The notes beneath the pieces are model-generated. The model had not been told where the DNA came from and made no database searches. It was given only the letters and a program-made list of their open reading frames with translations. From positions 164,287 through 228,286 of the IMG/VR virus record IMGVR_UViG_3300032242_002041: a DNA stretch of 64,000 bases. The stretch is one strand, 5' to 3'. Positions 26,944 to 36,249 of this stretch are shown piece after piece; the first letter of the stretch is position 1, and each line of letters starts with the position of its first letter. A program made the position numbers and the translations under genes.

Positions 26944-27655
26944 CTTTAATCCAGTCGTCGGGAACTACACCGTGTTTTTCAACAAACAGCTCGTGCAGTT
27001 TTTTTGGAGTAATTTTGTATTTTTTGGCTATAGACTTCATCATGTGATCTATAGCATCGTAGCTGTAGGGATGGCGAAGATCTTTTTCAAGATCATCAAC
27101 ACTGCCTTCTTTTAATGGAATAACCTTGACATCTTTATCATACCGTTTCCAAGGTGTAAAGTTTTTGTTAGTTCTAATCGTATCAAAGTCAGCAACATAT
27201 ACACCGCCTGACTTGTTCCAGTCAGCACCGCCAACAAATTTCATGGACACACGGTCTCCTAACTTGTGCATGTCAGGGATTTGTATAGCCACATTCATAA
27301 CAAAGTTTTTATTGTTAGTTAAATCAGCATAACGGCTAGCTAGTTCGTTAGGAATATCAATAGTAACTGTATAGTTTTGTCGTAAGAAGTGCTGGGCCAA
27401 TTGCCTATATCTCTTTAATACCTGCGCCTGATTACTACTGTGATTTAACGCATAGGTAACTTCTAAATAAATGTGACGGCATTTGAATTGTTCGGCTATA
27501 GATTGAATGGTGTCAATGTCTTTGAACTGGTTGACAATCAAAGTTTTTTTGCCGTAGGCAGCAGTCCTCTCAACTTCAGGACCGATGATATAATCGGGTC
27601 TATTGCCGGTTGGATGCACATTTTTTGTGCTGGTAGTAAAGTCACTGGCTCTCAT
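26930..27655 (-). CDS. putative virion internal protein carrying a paralogue of 16927..17442
   Basis: MRASDF leader; GPEVERTAAYGKKTLIV..HIYL..GVY..FTPWKRYDKD; LKE boundary. Confidence 0.7.
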   Translation of the reverse strand: MRASDFTTSTKNVHPTGNRPDYIIGPEVERTAAYGKKTLIVNQFKDIDTIQSIAEQFKCRHIYLEVTYALNHSSNQAQVLKRYRQLAQHFLRQNYTVTIDIPNELASRYADLTNNKNFVMNVAIQIPDMHKLGDRVSMKFVGGADWNKSGGVYVADFDTIRTNKNFTPWKRYDKDVKVIPLKEGSVDDLEKDLRHPYSYDAIDHMMKSIAKKYKITPKKLHELFVEKHGVVPDDWIKDAHK

Positions 27656-30600
27656 TCAACACCAAGGATCTGTTGAACCTGATTGACATAAGCACTAACA
27701 TCACTGGTGCCAATTTCGTCTACGTCACCTACATTGTATGCCACTTCCTCAATGGCCTGTGTGACTTTATCTAGCCCAAATTCCATTATCAAATCAGTGT
27801 GCGCCACTAGGATACGCCTGATAATGGCGATCTCAACGGCTTCGCTACTGGTTGAATTTTCGTCCTCGACCAAGTCTTGTTCAAGTCGATTGATCAGTTT
27901 GGAAACTGTTGTTTCAAAGGACTGTATGCTGGGTTTACCCAATCGAGCCTGCTCAATGGCAGCTTCTTCGCTATCGCCACGTCGTGTGATGCTGACCATT
28001 CGAGTTTGAGGATTGTAATAGACCACATAGCCGCGGATCACACTTTTCTGTGGAATAGTAGTACCGGGCATTTCAAATTCTTCTGTGACTTTGTCCTCAA
28101 ATGGCAAATACCAGAACCAGTTTTGGAAACCACCTGGGTTGGTATCATAGTCCATATGCGCACGATTACGAGCACCAGCCATCATACGTTTGAACTCATT
28201 TTCTGCGCCATGTAGTTCAGCAATGTTTTCTAGCTCGTCGTACAGTTGACCAGCAAGAAAACTGTCCCTGTGACGTTCAATTTTAGGAGCCAGGCGGCGA
28301 TAAACTCTAGCCATTTCTGCTCGAACATCTGTAACAGTTTCGGCTACGCCTTGCTTGCGCTCGTAGTCACGAATGATGTCAGCCCGCATATTAGGATTAC
28401 GTTCAATAGCCCGTAGCACTGCCTCGGGATAACGTGCAGGTTGTTTTGCTTTAACTGCTATGTGAGCATCTGGCATGTCATTCCATTCACCATCATCATA
28501 ATCATCACTTTCGTTCTTGGGTTTGACATGATGTTTTTTCATGTTGATTGCAATAGCAGCCTGCTGTGCGGCATTGGCGGCTTCCTCAAAGTCATCTCGA
28601 GGATTCATGACAACCGAACGAGATTGAGGTTGATTAACTGATTTTGCTGTCGGAGATTGATTAATGGTTTGAGCTTGTGAGCCGGCCGCATTTCTATGAC
28701 CAATTGCACCAATAATACTATTAACATCATTACTGCCCTGCATACCGGCTGTATTTTGTAATATTTTCCATACCGCTTGTTTATTACTTGCGTTACCTAG
28801 TGCTGACATTAAATCATTTTGATTTTGAATTTTACCAGACTGAATTTGTTGTATAACAGCGGTAGGATTGACTACACTAGGACCACTGCTTTGTGCCTGA
28901 GCCGCACCGGCGCCGCCCAAGGCCATGGCACCTGCTAGGGCTGCACCACCTAATGCTGATTTCCAGCCTTCATCCAGATCAATATCAGCCGGAGCAACCC
29001 ATACTGTATCGTGAGTCCATTTTGTTGGATCTTTCTTGCGCATGGCGGCCACATAGGCTTCAGCTTCTCTAGTATTCATGGGTTTGCCAATCTTATTTGT
29101 GGATTTGATACGCTTGACTTGACCGTTTTGTTTGGTATACACCGCATAGTGGTCACGTAGTCCTGCGGCCCCACTTCCACCCCAATTGCCTTCCTTGACT
29201 GGTGTGTCTTGTTGAGGTGCTGGTTTTAGCAGTGTGCGATACTGTTGTTGAAATGCCGCTTTGCTCATACCATATGCAGTATAAAACTGGCGCTCATTCA
29301 TATGTTCTACGTCTTGACGCATGATATCTATATCACTCAAACTGTCGCTTTCATCTAACTCGTCGTACCAATCATCTTCTTCTTGTTTGTCAGCATACTG
29401 GTTGTATTCAACATCACTCAGGTGCATGCTGTGTTTACCGTGATTGTACAAGTCGACAATAACAAATGTTCCACTTGGACTGAGTTCATAGATCTCGCCA
29501 GTCTTGCCTTCAAATTCGTTGGGTGCTGTAACAATGATAGGATCACCCGGGTGTAATCGGTTAGCAGATTCGTCAATGTTTAATAAATCAAATTCATCTT
29601 CTGGATTAGGAACTGGTAGTGTCTGAGATTTAATCTGAGGAGCGGCAGGCTTGGCCTTAGGTTTAGATTTGGATTTGGAAGGTGCAACATCTAAATCACT
29701 AAACGGAGCCTGCACACGCGGAGTCTGTTGTTTTTTGGTCGTGGTCAAATTATCCTGATCTATGTTTAATGCCTGTGCGGCCTGTGCCGGCAGTGAGTTT
29801 ATTTGAGTTCGTAATTTTGCTATTTCGGCCTTGACATTATCTGATGGTGGCTGTTGTTGTAATTGATTAATTTGCATTTTAAGATCTTGTAGTTCTTTTT
29901 CAACTCCTGGATCTGCACCAGGCGCAATGATTGTTGTGGGCTCTGGGGTTATTGTCTGTGGTGTTGTCTTGGCTGCTTGTTTAGGACGTGTGGACTGTTT
30001 TGCTCCAGTCATTGATTGGATGGTGTTTTGTAAACGATCGTTAGTAGCTTGTATGCGAGCTAACTGAGCTTCAAGACTATTATTTTCAGAATCTAACCCG
30101 TCAATCTCACGCCCTTGCTCTTGGTCAAGTGATACTAATTTTTTTAAGAGTTCGTCTTGTTTAGTGTTAGCACCCTGAATAGCAGCCAACTGTTGATCAC
30201 TACGTTTTTGATGGTCCAATTCATCTTTGGCCAAAGCTGCCATAGCATTAGGAGCTGCAGGGTGCTTGGCTTGTATTTTTCTTACAGCGTTGGTGGTTTC
30301 GGCGTCGCCAAAGTTTGGATCTTCAGAATTTTTTTTTTGAGCTCGTTCTGAGACTGGGCTTATCTTAGGTTCAGCATACCCTGTCAATTTGGGCTGGAAA
30401 GGATCTGCGGGTTGTTTTAACTGTGGACGAGTGGTTACTTTTTTCTGCCCACCTAACCATAAGGCAAAATTATTACGATCAGCTAATGTTTGTAGTGCAA
30501 ATTGATTACGAGTTTGGCGGCTCATATTTTTTAATTTTAATAAAGTATGATATATTTGATTACGTGACATAGTAATTGGTTCAGGACTGTTCATCCAGCG

Positions 30601-31137
30601 GATAGTTGCAATATCAACATTGTCGTCATGTGCTTTACGCATTTGTTCGTAGGCATATTTGGCAGCAGCTACAGGAGAAATTGCGGCTGTTTGTTCTTTA
30701 ACTGTGGACTCGTATGTAGGACCAGTGTCGTCTCGACCTGCTAACCAATCAACAAAACTAGAAAAAGTCGATTTAGCTTTTCCTAACGCAGTATTGCTTG
30801 GAGGAGTAGCACCGGTTACACGTTGTTGCGGAGTAACTAAATCTGTACCAGCACGAACAGGTTGGGCGGGTGCTGGAACTTGGTCAGCTTCACCTAAGCT
30901 ACCATAGCCCATGCACTCATCTTTAATCTTGTAATAGCCGTCGCGCTCAGTTTTGCACTTTTGAAATTCTTTAACCAATGCCGCCTTAGATTCTGGAGTA
31001 GTAGCTGTTTTAGCACGAGCAACCAAGTCATCCATCTTCATAGCTAAATCGTCAATGCGACGTTGTTCTAATTGGTCAACAGCACCTTCTGCAAGGCGTC
31101 GTTCGTGATCTGTGTTAAATAGGTCTAATGCAAACAT
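27652..31137 (-). CDS. large modular putative internal virion polyprotein
   Basis: Many short modules between LxE/VxE/GVAE sites; coiled coil; KOW-like segment; internal hydrophobic helix. Confidence 0.75.
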   Translation of the reverse strand: MFALDLFNTDHERRLAEGAVDQLEQRRIDDLAMKMDDLVARAKTATTPESKAALVKEFQKCKTERDGYYKIKDECMGYGSLGEADQVPAPAQPVRAGTDLVTPQQRVTGATPPSNTALGKAKSTFSSFVDWLAGRDDTGPTYESTVKEQTAAISPVAAAKYAYEQMRKAHDDNVDIATIRWMNSPEPITMSRNQIYHTLLKLKNMSRQTRNQFALQTLADRNNFALWLGGQKKVTTRPQLKQPADPFQPKLTGYAEPKISPVSERAQKKNSEDPNFGDAETTNAVRKIQAKHPAAPNAMAALAKDELDHQKRSDQQLAAIQGANTKQDELLKKLVSLDQEQGREIDGLDSENNSLEAQLARIQATNDRLQNTIQSMTGAKQSTRPKQAAKTTPQTITPEPTTIIAPGADPGVEKELQDLKMQINQLQQQPPSDNVKAEIAKLRTQINSLPAQAAQALNIDQDNLTTTKKQQTPRVQAPFSDLDVAPSKSKSKPKAKPAAPQIKSQTLPVPNPEDEFDLLNIDESANRLHPGDPIIVTAPNEFEGKTGEIYELSPSGTFVIVDLYNHGKHSMHLSDVEYNQYADKQEEDDWYDELDESDSLSDIDIMRQDVEHMNERQFYTAYGMSKAAFQQQYRTLLKPAPQQDTPVKEGNWGGSGAAGLRDHYAVYTKQNGQVKRIKSTNKIGKPMNTREAEAYVAAMRKKDPTKWTHDTVWVAPADIDLDEGWKSALGGAALAGAMALGGAGAAQAQSSGPSVVNPTAVIQQIQSGKIQNQNDLMSALGNASNKQAVWKILQNTAGMQGSNDVNSIIGAIGHRNAAGSQAQTINQSPTAKSVNQPQSRSVVMNPRDDFEEAANAAQQAAIAINMKKHHVKPKNESDDYDDGEWNDMPDAHIAVKAKQPARYPEAVLRAIERNPNMRADIIRDYERKQGVAETVTDVRAEMARVYRRLAPKIERHRDSFLAGQLYDELENIAELHGAENEFKRMMAGARNRAHMDYDTNPGGFQNWFWYLPFEDKVTEEFEMPGTTIPQKSVIRGYVVYYNPQTRMVSITRRGDSEEAAIEQARLGKPSIQSFETTVSKLINRLEQDLVEDENSTSSEAVEIAIIRRILVAHTDLIMEFGLDKVTQAIEEVAYNVGDVDEIGTSDVSAYVNQVQQILGVE

Positions 31138-31147
31138 TTATTTTTCC

Positions 31148-31960
31148 TTAAGCTTCGTCTATGTAATCTTGTGCTTCGTTGTGCTTACGTTGACGATGTG
31201 CAAACATTTCAATGGCCATTTCGGCCTCATCTAACGTTTTAAAACGTGTAGGCAAGCTACGGCCGGATCGACGAATTTCAAAACCATTATGCTCATTGCC
31301 GTGCATTTCCCAAAGTCCACATTCGTTAGTGATAGTTTTAACTGGACTATCTTCCTTGATGCTAACTCCGGGTTCTCCAGCAGGTTGTTCTGCGGGAATA
31401 ACACCGCTTAAGTCCGTACCAAGTTCTGACTCGTTGGCTATTAAATCTCGATCTTGTTTATCTTTTGATTTTAAATCGCCATCTTCGTGTTTTTTATCTT
31501 TAAGATCTGAATCTTTAATTTCTTGTTCAGCTTGTTTAATAAAATCTGTAAACGAACGTTTAACCTTGTCCAGGACATCCTCGCTAGTAATAGCTTCTGC
31601 TAAGTCCTGATTATGATAATTATCCCAGAACTCTTCCGGATCATCAAAGTAACGACTATATTCGTCATAGAACTCATCATAGTCCATTACTTGTGCATCG
31701 GCAATTAAGTCTTGTAATAGCGCAGGGTCTTTAATACCATGCCATGGTTCTTCATCATGTTCAACACTTTCTTCGCAGCCGCCAACCAACTTGCCTGCCA
31801 TTGGATTCTTGGGATCTTGTTTGGCAGTGAGTACTGCCACTGTCTTGGGTTTAAAAGTTGCGCCAAGTTGATTGACGCTTTTTTGATTCGCGTTTAGACC
31901 TTCTTCCAACATACGAAGACGTTCTACAATAGTATAGATATCGTTATGGTCTTGTGCCAC
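31148..31960 (-). CDS. acidic putative head-associated protein
   Basis: Glu-rich, with LEE/LAE/IKE sites. Confidence 0.65.
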   Translation of the reverse strand: MAQDHNDIYTIVERLRMLEEGLNANQKSVNQLGATFKPKTVAVLTAKQDPKNPMAGKLVGGCEESVEHDEEPWHGIKDPALLQDLIADAQVMDYDEFYDEYSRYFDDPEEFWDNYHNQDLAEAITSEDVLDKVKRSFTDFIKQAEQEIKDSDLKDKKHEDGDLKSKDKQDRDLIANESELGTDLSGVIPAEQPAGEPGVSIKEDSPVKTITNECGLWEMHGNEHNGFEIRRSGRSLPTRFKTLDEAEMAIEMFAHRQRKHNEAQDYIDEA

Positions 31961-31963
31961 AGA

Positions 31964-32404
31964 TCATGCCCTTGCTTCTTTTAAACTAGAACGTAATTGC
32001 CAAGCAAACTTATTGGTTTGACTTAAACGTTCAGCAATAAAATTTGCTATGTCTTGTTTGTTTTCTTTGGTGGCAGCTGCAAAACATTGGTTTAATAACC
32101 CAACCATCTCTTCGCTATTGGCCAACAATTCTTCAATCATTAATCGGGCACGGGGCACTTTGAGTTGCCCGGGGATTACGCTTAGTTCTAGGAAACGTTC
32201 CATACTACCTGGGGAATATTCTTGTAGACTGCGAATGTATTCGGCTGTGGGATCTATGGCACTATAGGCATCTTCATAGATCTTTTGGAAAAACTTATGA
32301 TATTGATAAAAGTCTGGCGATTCAATATTCCAGTGGAAAGCATGTGCTTTTACATAATAGGCAAATTGAGTTCCTAACAAGGTTTTTAACAAATCAGCTA
32401 ACAT
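31964..32404 (-). CDS. dps: Dps/ferritin-like DNA starvation protection protein
   Basis: HAFHWNI..PDFYQYH..F..IYE, D..AEYIR, K.AWQL. Confidence 0.88.
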   Translation of the reverse strand: MLADLLKTLLGTQFAYYVKAHAFHWNIESPDFYQYHKFFQKIYEDAYSAIDPTAEYIRSLQEYSPGSMERFLELSVIPGQLKVPRARLMIEELLANSEEMVGLLNQCFAAATKENKQDIANFIAERLSQTNKFAWQLRSSLKEARA

Positions 32405-32613
32405 TACTTTTTCCGTTTATATTTCTTGTACTCTGCAGGCGTATTGGGCGTTGCATCGTCAGTAGTGTATTTAGTGCCAGAAAAGAAATGGCCACCATTT
32501 CTACTAATCATGCCACCTAAGGGCATGGCTACAGGGGCTATACTGCCTGCGCAAGTAGATCCACTACTTGCGCCACTGTCTTCTCGTAAGTCAACAAATT
32601 CGTGCAATCTCAT
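32404..32613 (-). CDS. small putative internal virion protein
   Basis: MRLHEFVDLRE leader, basic C-terminus. Confidence 0.65.
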   Translation of the reverse strand: MRLHEFVDLREDSGASSGSTCAGSIAPVAMPLGGMISRNGGHFFSGTKYTTDDATPNTPAEYKKYKRKK

Positions 32614-32894
32614 TCTGCAATCCTTAATACGTTATTTTCTACGGTTCCAGGGCCAAAATCTACACGGATATTTTGTACTTGCAACTGAGCTAAATGCGGT
32701 GGAACTAATTCCCAACGTAACCGATACTCTCCGGGCTCTGCTTCAATCTGTAGCATTTCTTCAAGATATTCTGTGGTCCAATACCAGGTACGCTCGGCAA
32801 ACAATTCGTCATTGACGTACACGCGATAGATAGGATTTAACCCTTCCCAGTCGCAGTCTACATCGGCTAACACACGTACAAAATGTTTATTCAT
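32610..32894 (-). CDS. hypothetical beta-rich protein
   Basis: TAAATA directly upstream (32899-32904). Confidence 0.65.
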   Translation of the reverse strand: MNKHFVRVLADVDCDWEGLNPIYRVYVNDELFAERTWYWTTEYLEEMLQIEAEPGEYRLRWELVPPHLAQLQVQNIRVDFGPGTVENNVLRIAE

Positions 32895-32919
32895 AGTGTA
32901 TTTAGCGTAATTTAAACTG

Positions 32920-33654
32920 TTATATTGATAGATATCTTATAATCAAAACGCCAGGCTGAGCCGATAATCGATTACAATAGTTAGACTCGGCTAGATCGTA
33001 GCCGCCGCCAGCGCCATAGCTGGTATATCCTGTGCCATTAAGGCCAATACCGCCTGGGCCCTTGCCACTGCCGCCGCCGGCATAATAAACCATGTTACCA
33101 GTGATATCACTAGGTATACCTACACCACCACGTCCGCCAACTCCATCTAGAGTGCCCTGTCCGCCAGAGCCAGCAGCGCCACCCCCGCCACCTGGACCAA
33201 ACGGTGGATATCCACCACCAGCTGGAGCACCGCCGGCATAGCCTTGTCCGGGTATGCCAGCACCGCCTACAAAGTTTTGAAAATTGATATGTGTGACACC
33301 CAAGGTTCCGCCACCGCCGCCGGATCCACCACTAAAGCCATTGCCATAAAATCCACCCTGCCCGCCACCGTTGGCTGTCATGTTTAAGAAACTGCTGTTG
33401 TTGCCCGGATCACCAACAATTACTGGATATGATCCTGTGTTAATTGTAACGTTGCCTGTGAGTACTCCACCTGCACCACCACCGGCTACATAGGTACTCT
33501 GTGGCAGAGCTGCATTGCCGCCGCCGGCTACAAGCAAGTATTGGACGTCTGCAAGTGTACCACCCGACACAGTTAAACTACCATTGGCCTCAAAGGTTAC
33601 GACAGTATAATCACCGTCGGTGGTGACTGTACCAGTGGATGTTACCACGGTCAT
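32920..33654 (-). CDS. glycine-rich structural protein (tail/fibre-associated type)
   Basis: YLLVAGGG, GGGAGG repeats, GVLIIRY terminus. Confidence 0.75.
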   Translation of the reverse strand: MTVVTSTGTVTTDGDYTVVTFEANGSLTVSGGTLADVQYLLVAGGGNAALPQSTYVAGGGAGGVLTGNVTINTGSYPVIVGDPGNNSSFLNMTANGGGQGGFYGNGFSGGSGGGGGTLGVTHINFQNFVGGAGIPGQGYAGGAPAGGGYPPFGPGGGGGAAGSGGQGTLDGVGGRGGVGIPSDITGNMVYYAGGGSGKGPGGIGLNGTGYTSYGAGGGYDLAESNYCNRLSAQPGVLIIRYLSI

Positions 33655-33863
33655 CGAACTTCCTTTACACTGCCAATATGCCAGAGTGGCACACCATACT
33701 GTGCTTGCATTAGTTGACGGGCCAGTTGTGCGTTGGGCGCAGTCACAGTTACATCAATATAGCCTACATAATTAGGTTGAGTAATCTTAACCGGCGCTGT
33801 CCATAGCTTGGCAGCCACGGCTGTGTTTTGTTTTACGGCTTCCGATATTTCGTAGAATCTCAT
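33651..33863 (-). CDS. small putative internal virion protein
   Basis: MRFYEISE leader; ATGA overlap with the upstream stop. Confidence 0.6.
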   Translation of the reverse strand: MRFYEISEAVKQNTAVAAKLWTAPVKITQPNYVGYIDVTVTAPNAQLARQLMQAQYGVPLWHIGSVKEVR

Positions 33864-34693
33864 TGTCCTGTCCACTTGGCTATCATAGTTGCTTGACTGG
33901 TATAAATGCCAGTGCCTCTTCGTCCGCTACGCATACTACTGCTACCAGGTTTTACTGGAAATGTATATCTAGTCCAATCCGCCGTTTGATCAACGACCTG
34001 GTCACCGCGTTGTGGCCGGTATTCATCAGTGGGCGTCATGTTGTAACCTAGGACTTCAACTCCTGGAATACTATTTAACATTAGCCACATCTGTTGTCCG
34101 TGACGGGTTTGTGTTTCGCCAGCTTCTACTGTGAGCTTTAATATGCTTAAGGCAATGCCATACAAGGCTTTGCCAAGCCCCTGTCCACGAAAATCAGGAT
34201 CAACCACTACAGTATCAACTTTCCAAGTTTTCATGTAGTCCTGAGTATAATACAAATCCATTTCGGCAGCTAATATTTGGCCATCAAAGATCATAATTTC
34301 TATATTTTCAGCATCGGGTTGATTAACAGCATAGTCAAACTTACTACCGCCTGGCAGGGGTTTTGTTTTGGGCGGAGTTTTAGGATCGGCCAAGGTGCCT
34401 TTTTTGCCCCAGTCACCTAGTTCACTTTTTGGCAAGCGGGCTATCTCAAATAATTCTGGATCAAAGTCATCAGCACTGATAAAATGTGTAGTGCCATCAC
34501 GATGTTGTAGTTGCACAGCATCATCCTCTGATTCAACTTGATGTATGCTCCAACCAAGACTGTTTAGTACATGTTCAATCTGTGGTTGTCGGTCCGTGGC
34601 GTTCCACCAACGATTGGCCAGAACAAAAATAGGATCTGGAACATCATCATTGTTGTCACGCTCAGGACTGGGAGCAAATTCTCTTAATCTCAT
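33860..34693 (-). CDS. GNAT acetyltransferase-domain protein
   Basis: VVVDPDFRGQGLGKALY acetyl-CoA motif; MRLREF leader; LFE boundary. Confidence 0.8.
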   Translation of the reverse strand: MRLREFAPSPERDNNDDVPDPIFVLANRWWNATDRQPQIEHVLNSLGWSIHQVESEDDAVQLQHRDGTTHFISADDFDPELFEIARLPKSELGDWGKKGTLADPKTPPKTKPLPGGSKFDYAVNQPDAENIEIMIFDGQILAAEMDLYYTQDYMKTWKVDTVVVDPDFRGQGLGKALYGIALSILKLTVEAGETQTRHGQQMWLMLNSIPGVEVLGYNMTPTDEYRPQRGDQVVDQTADWTRYTFPVKPGSSSMRSGRRGTGIYTSQATMIAKWTGQ

Positions 34694-35169
34694 AGGTATC
34701 CTACCCAGGCTGGTCCTGCGTATCCTTGTGGAAATGCCTTTAATGCTTGTGTGGTTCTATGTCCACCTTCAACCAACGCATAGCCGTCGGGCATTTTTAT
34801 AACAATGATGGGTTCTCCACTGACCCCTTGTTGTTGTATCTTGGCGGCTTGTGCGGCATGCCGTTCGGCATCTCTGGGCACCTGATTGGGATTTTTAGAG
34901 CCGCCTTCTCTTTTACGAATTTGTTCCTGTGTAGCAGGTGTAAAGATGTCCATGGTAATAGGCAATTTTTCTAAACGCCATTGCCGGATTGGATATTCCT
35001 GTAACAAATGCTGTATGTGGGCTTTTTTATCTTCAAGTTCCATGTTATCAGGAATACGACCATACAACCAATCTTTGACCACATAGTCAGGCCAGTGTTT
35101 AGGCACCATGCTGCGTATTAAACGCCATGCTCCGCCTTGATATTCAAACAAAAATTCTTCAGCTCTCAT
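34690..35169 (-). CDS. ParB/Srx-like domain protein
   Basis: EPIIV...YALVEGGHRT; MRAEEFLFE leader. Confidence 0.7.
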   Translation of the reverse strand: MRAEEFLFEYQGGAWRLIRSMVPKHWPDYVVKDWLYGRIPDNMELEDKKAHIQHLLQEYPIRQWRLEKLPITMDIFTPATQEQIRKREGGSKNPNQVPRDAERHAAQAAKIQQQGVSGEPIIVIKMPDGYALVEGGHRTTQALKAFPQGYAGPAWVGYL

Positions 35170-36249
35170 TTAGCAGTTCCAACGACGGCGTGCCTTGCAG
35201 ATAGCTTTGTCAGGAGTTTTTGCACAGCTAATATTGTGCATCTTCATTTGACCACGACTGCGTGAGCAGTAGCTCTTGCGACGCTTGCTGGCTTTGCTAC
35301 CTTTTTTGAGCTTGGAAGGTTTAGTAGTCACAGCAGTTTGTAGTTTGCTACCAGGATGCTCACGGCGATATGTTTTGACGGCTTTCTTACTCATGCCATC
35401 TGTGCGGTCTCGATTGTTGACCTTCTGCCAGGCTTCGGTTTCCATAATAGTTGTTGTGGTTGCAAACACATACAGTTCATCATCGTCCAAGCTCTCTAGG
35501 TCTTCCCAGATCACTTCGCTATCTACGCCATTACGCTCAGCAAGAGTTTCAATAATGTTTTCGATTAAGTCAAATTCTTCAGCCAGTTCTGTGTCTTCCG
35601 CCACACCTTGCTGTCTTTGGACAGGGCTGTCTCTAAGTGCATCTCGATAAAACTCTTTGAAATCTTGTGCCAATTCTCTTGCTGACCACGCCCAAGTTTG
35701 ACGGTCCCAATCGTCTGTCATCTCAGCTTCAAGTTTAGCACCTGGTGCTCGACCACGACTAAACCCTATACGAACAGTATGTTCAATTTGTTTATTAACC
35801 AACTTTGCAAATAGTTTGCCATTGGGATTTGGATTAATTGTTACTTTATATCCGTGTCGTTCGGCAAACTGTATCGTTGGCTGTAAGAACTGGATTTTAG
35901 GATCAACAACACCAGCTTGAGGCGGAACAGCTTCCGCCACACTCTCGTTAGGCACACAGTTACGCACCTGGCCGCCATTCCGGCCTTTCTTTGTACCTTC
36001 GGCATGTTTGCCAGGCCAGCAACGAGTATAGCCATTGGCATCTTTAGCACCCTTCTTGATTTCATTGAGATTGCCATGTGTTTGACACATGCCACAGTCT
36101 TCACAGACCATTTCCATTTCTGTGCTTTCATTGTGCTTTTTCTTACCAGCACAATGAGCTCGTTGCGAGAAGCCCTTGGGGTGGCTACAGTTGATACTGC
36201 TCTTGTATTTTTGACTCCACTTTTCAGTGATAAATTCATAGGCTTTCAT
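35170..36249 (-). CDS. putative internal virion polyprotein of basic Cys-containing peptides
   Basis: MKAYEFITE leader; Lys/Cys-rich modules between xxE sites. Confidence 0.75.
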   Translation of the reverse strand: MKAYEFITEKWSQKYKSSINCSHPKGFSQRAHCAGKKKHNESTEMEMVCEDCGMCQTHGNLNEIKKGAKDANGYTRCWPGKHAEGTKKGRNGGQVRNCVPNESVAEAVPPQAGVVDPKIQFLQPTIQFAERHGYKVTINPNPNGKLFAKLVNKQIEHTVRIGFSRGRAPGAKLEAEMTDDWDRQTWAWSARELAQDFKEFYRDALRDSPVQRQQGVAEDTELAEEFDLIENIIETLAERNGVDSEVIWEDLESLDDDELYVFATTTTIMETEAWQKVNNRDRTDGMSKKAVKTYRREHPGSKLQTAVTTKPSKLKKGSKASKRRKSYCSRSRGQMKMHNISCAKTPDKAICKARRRWNC

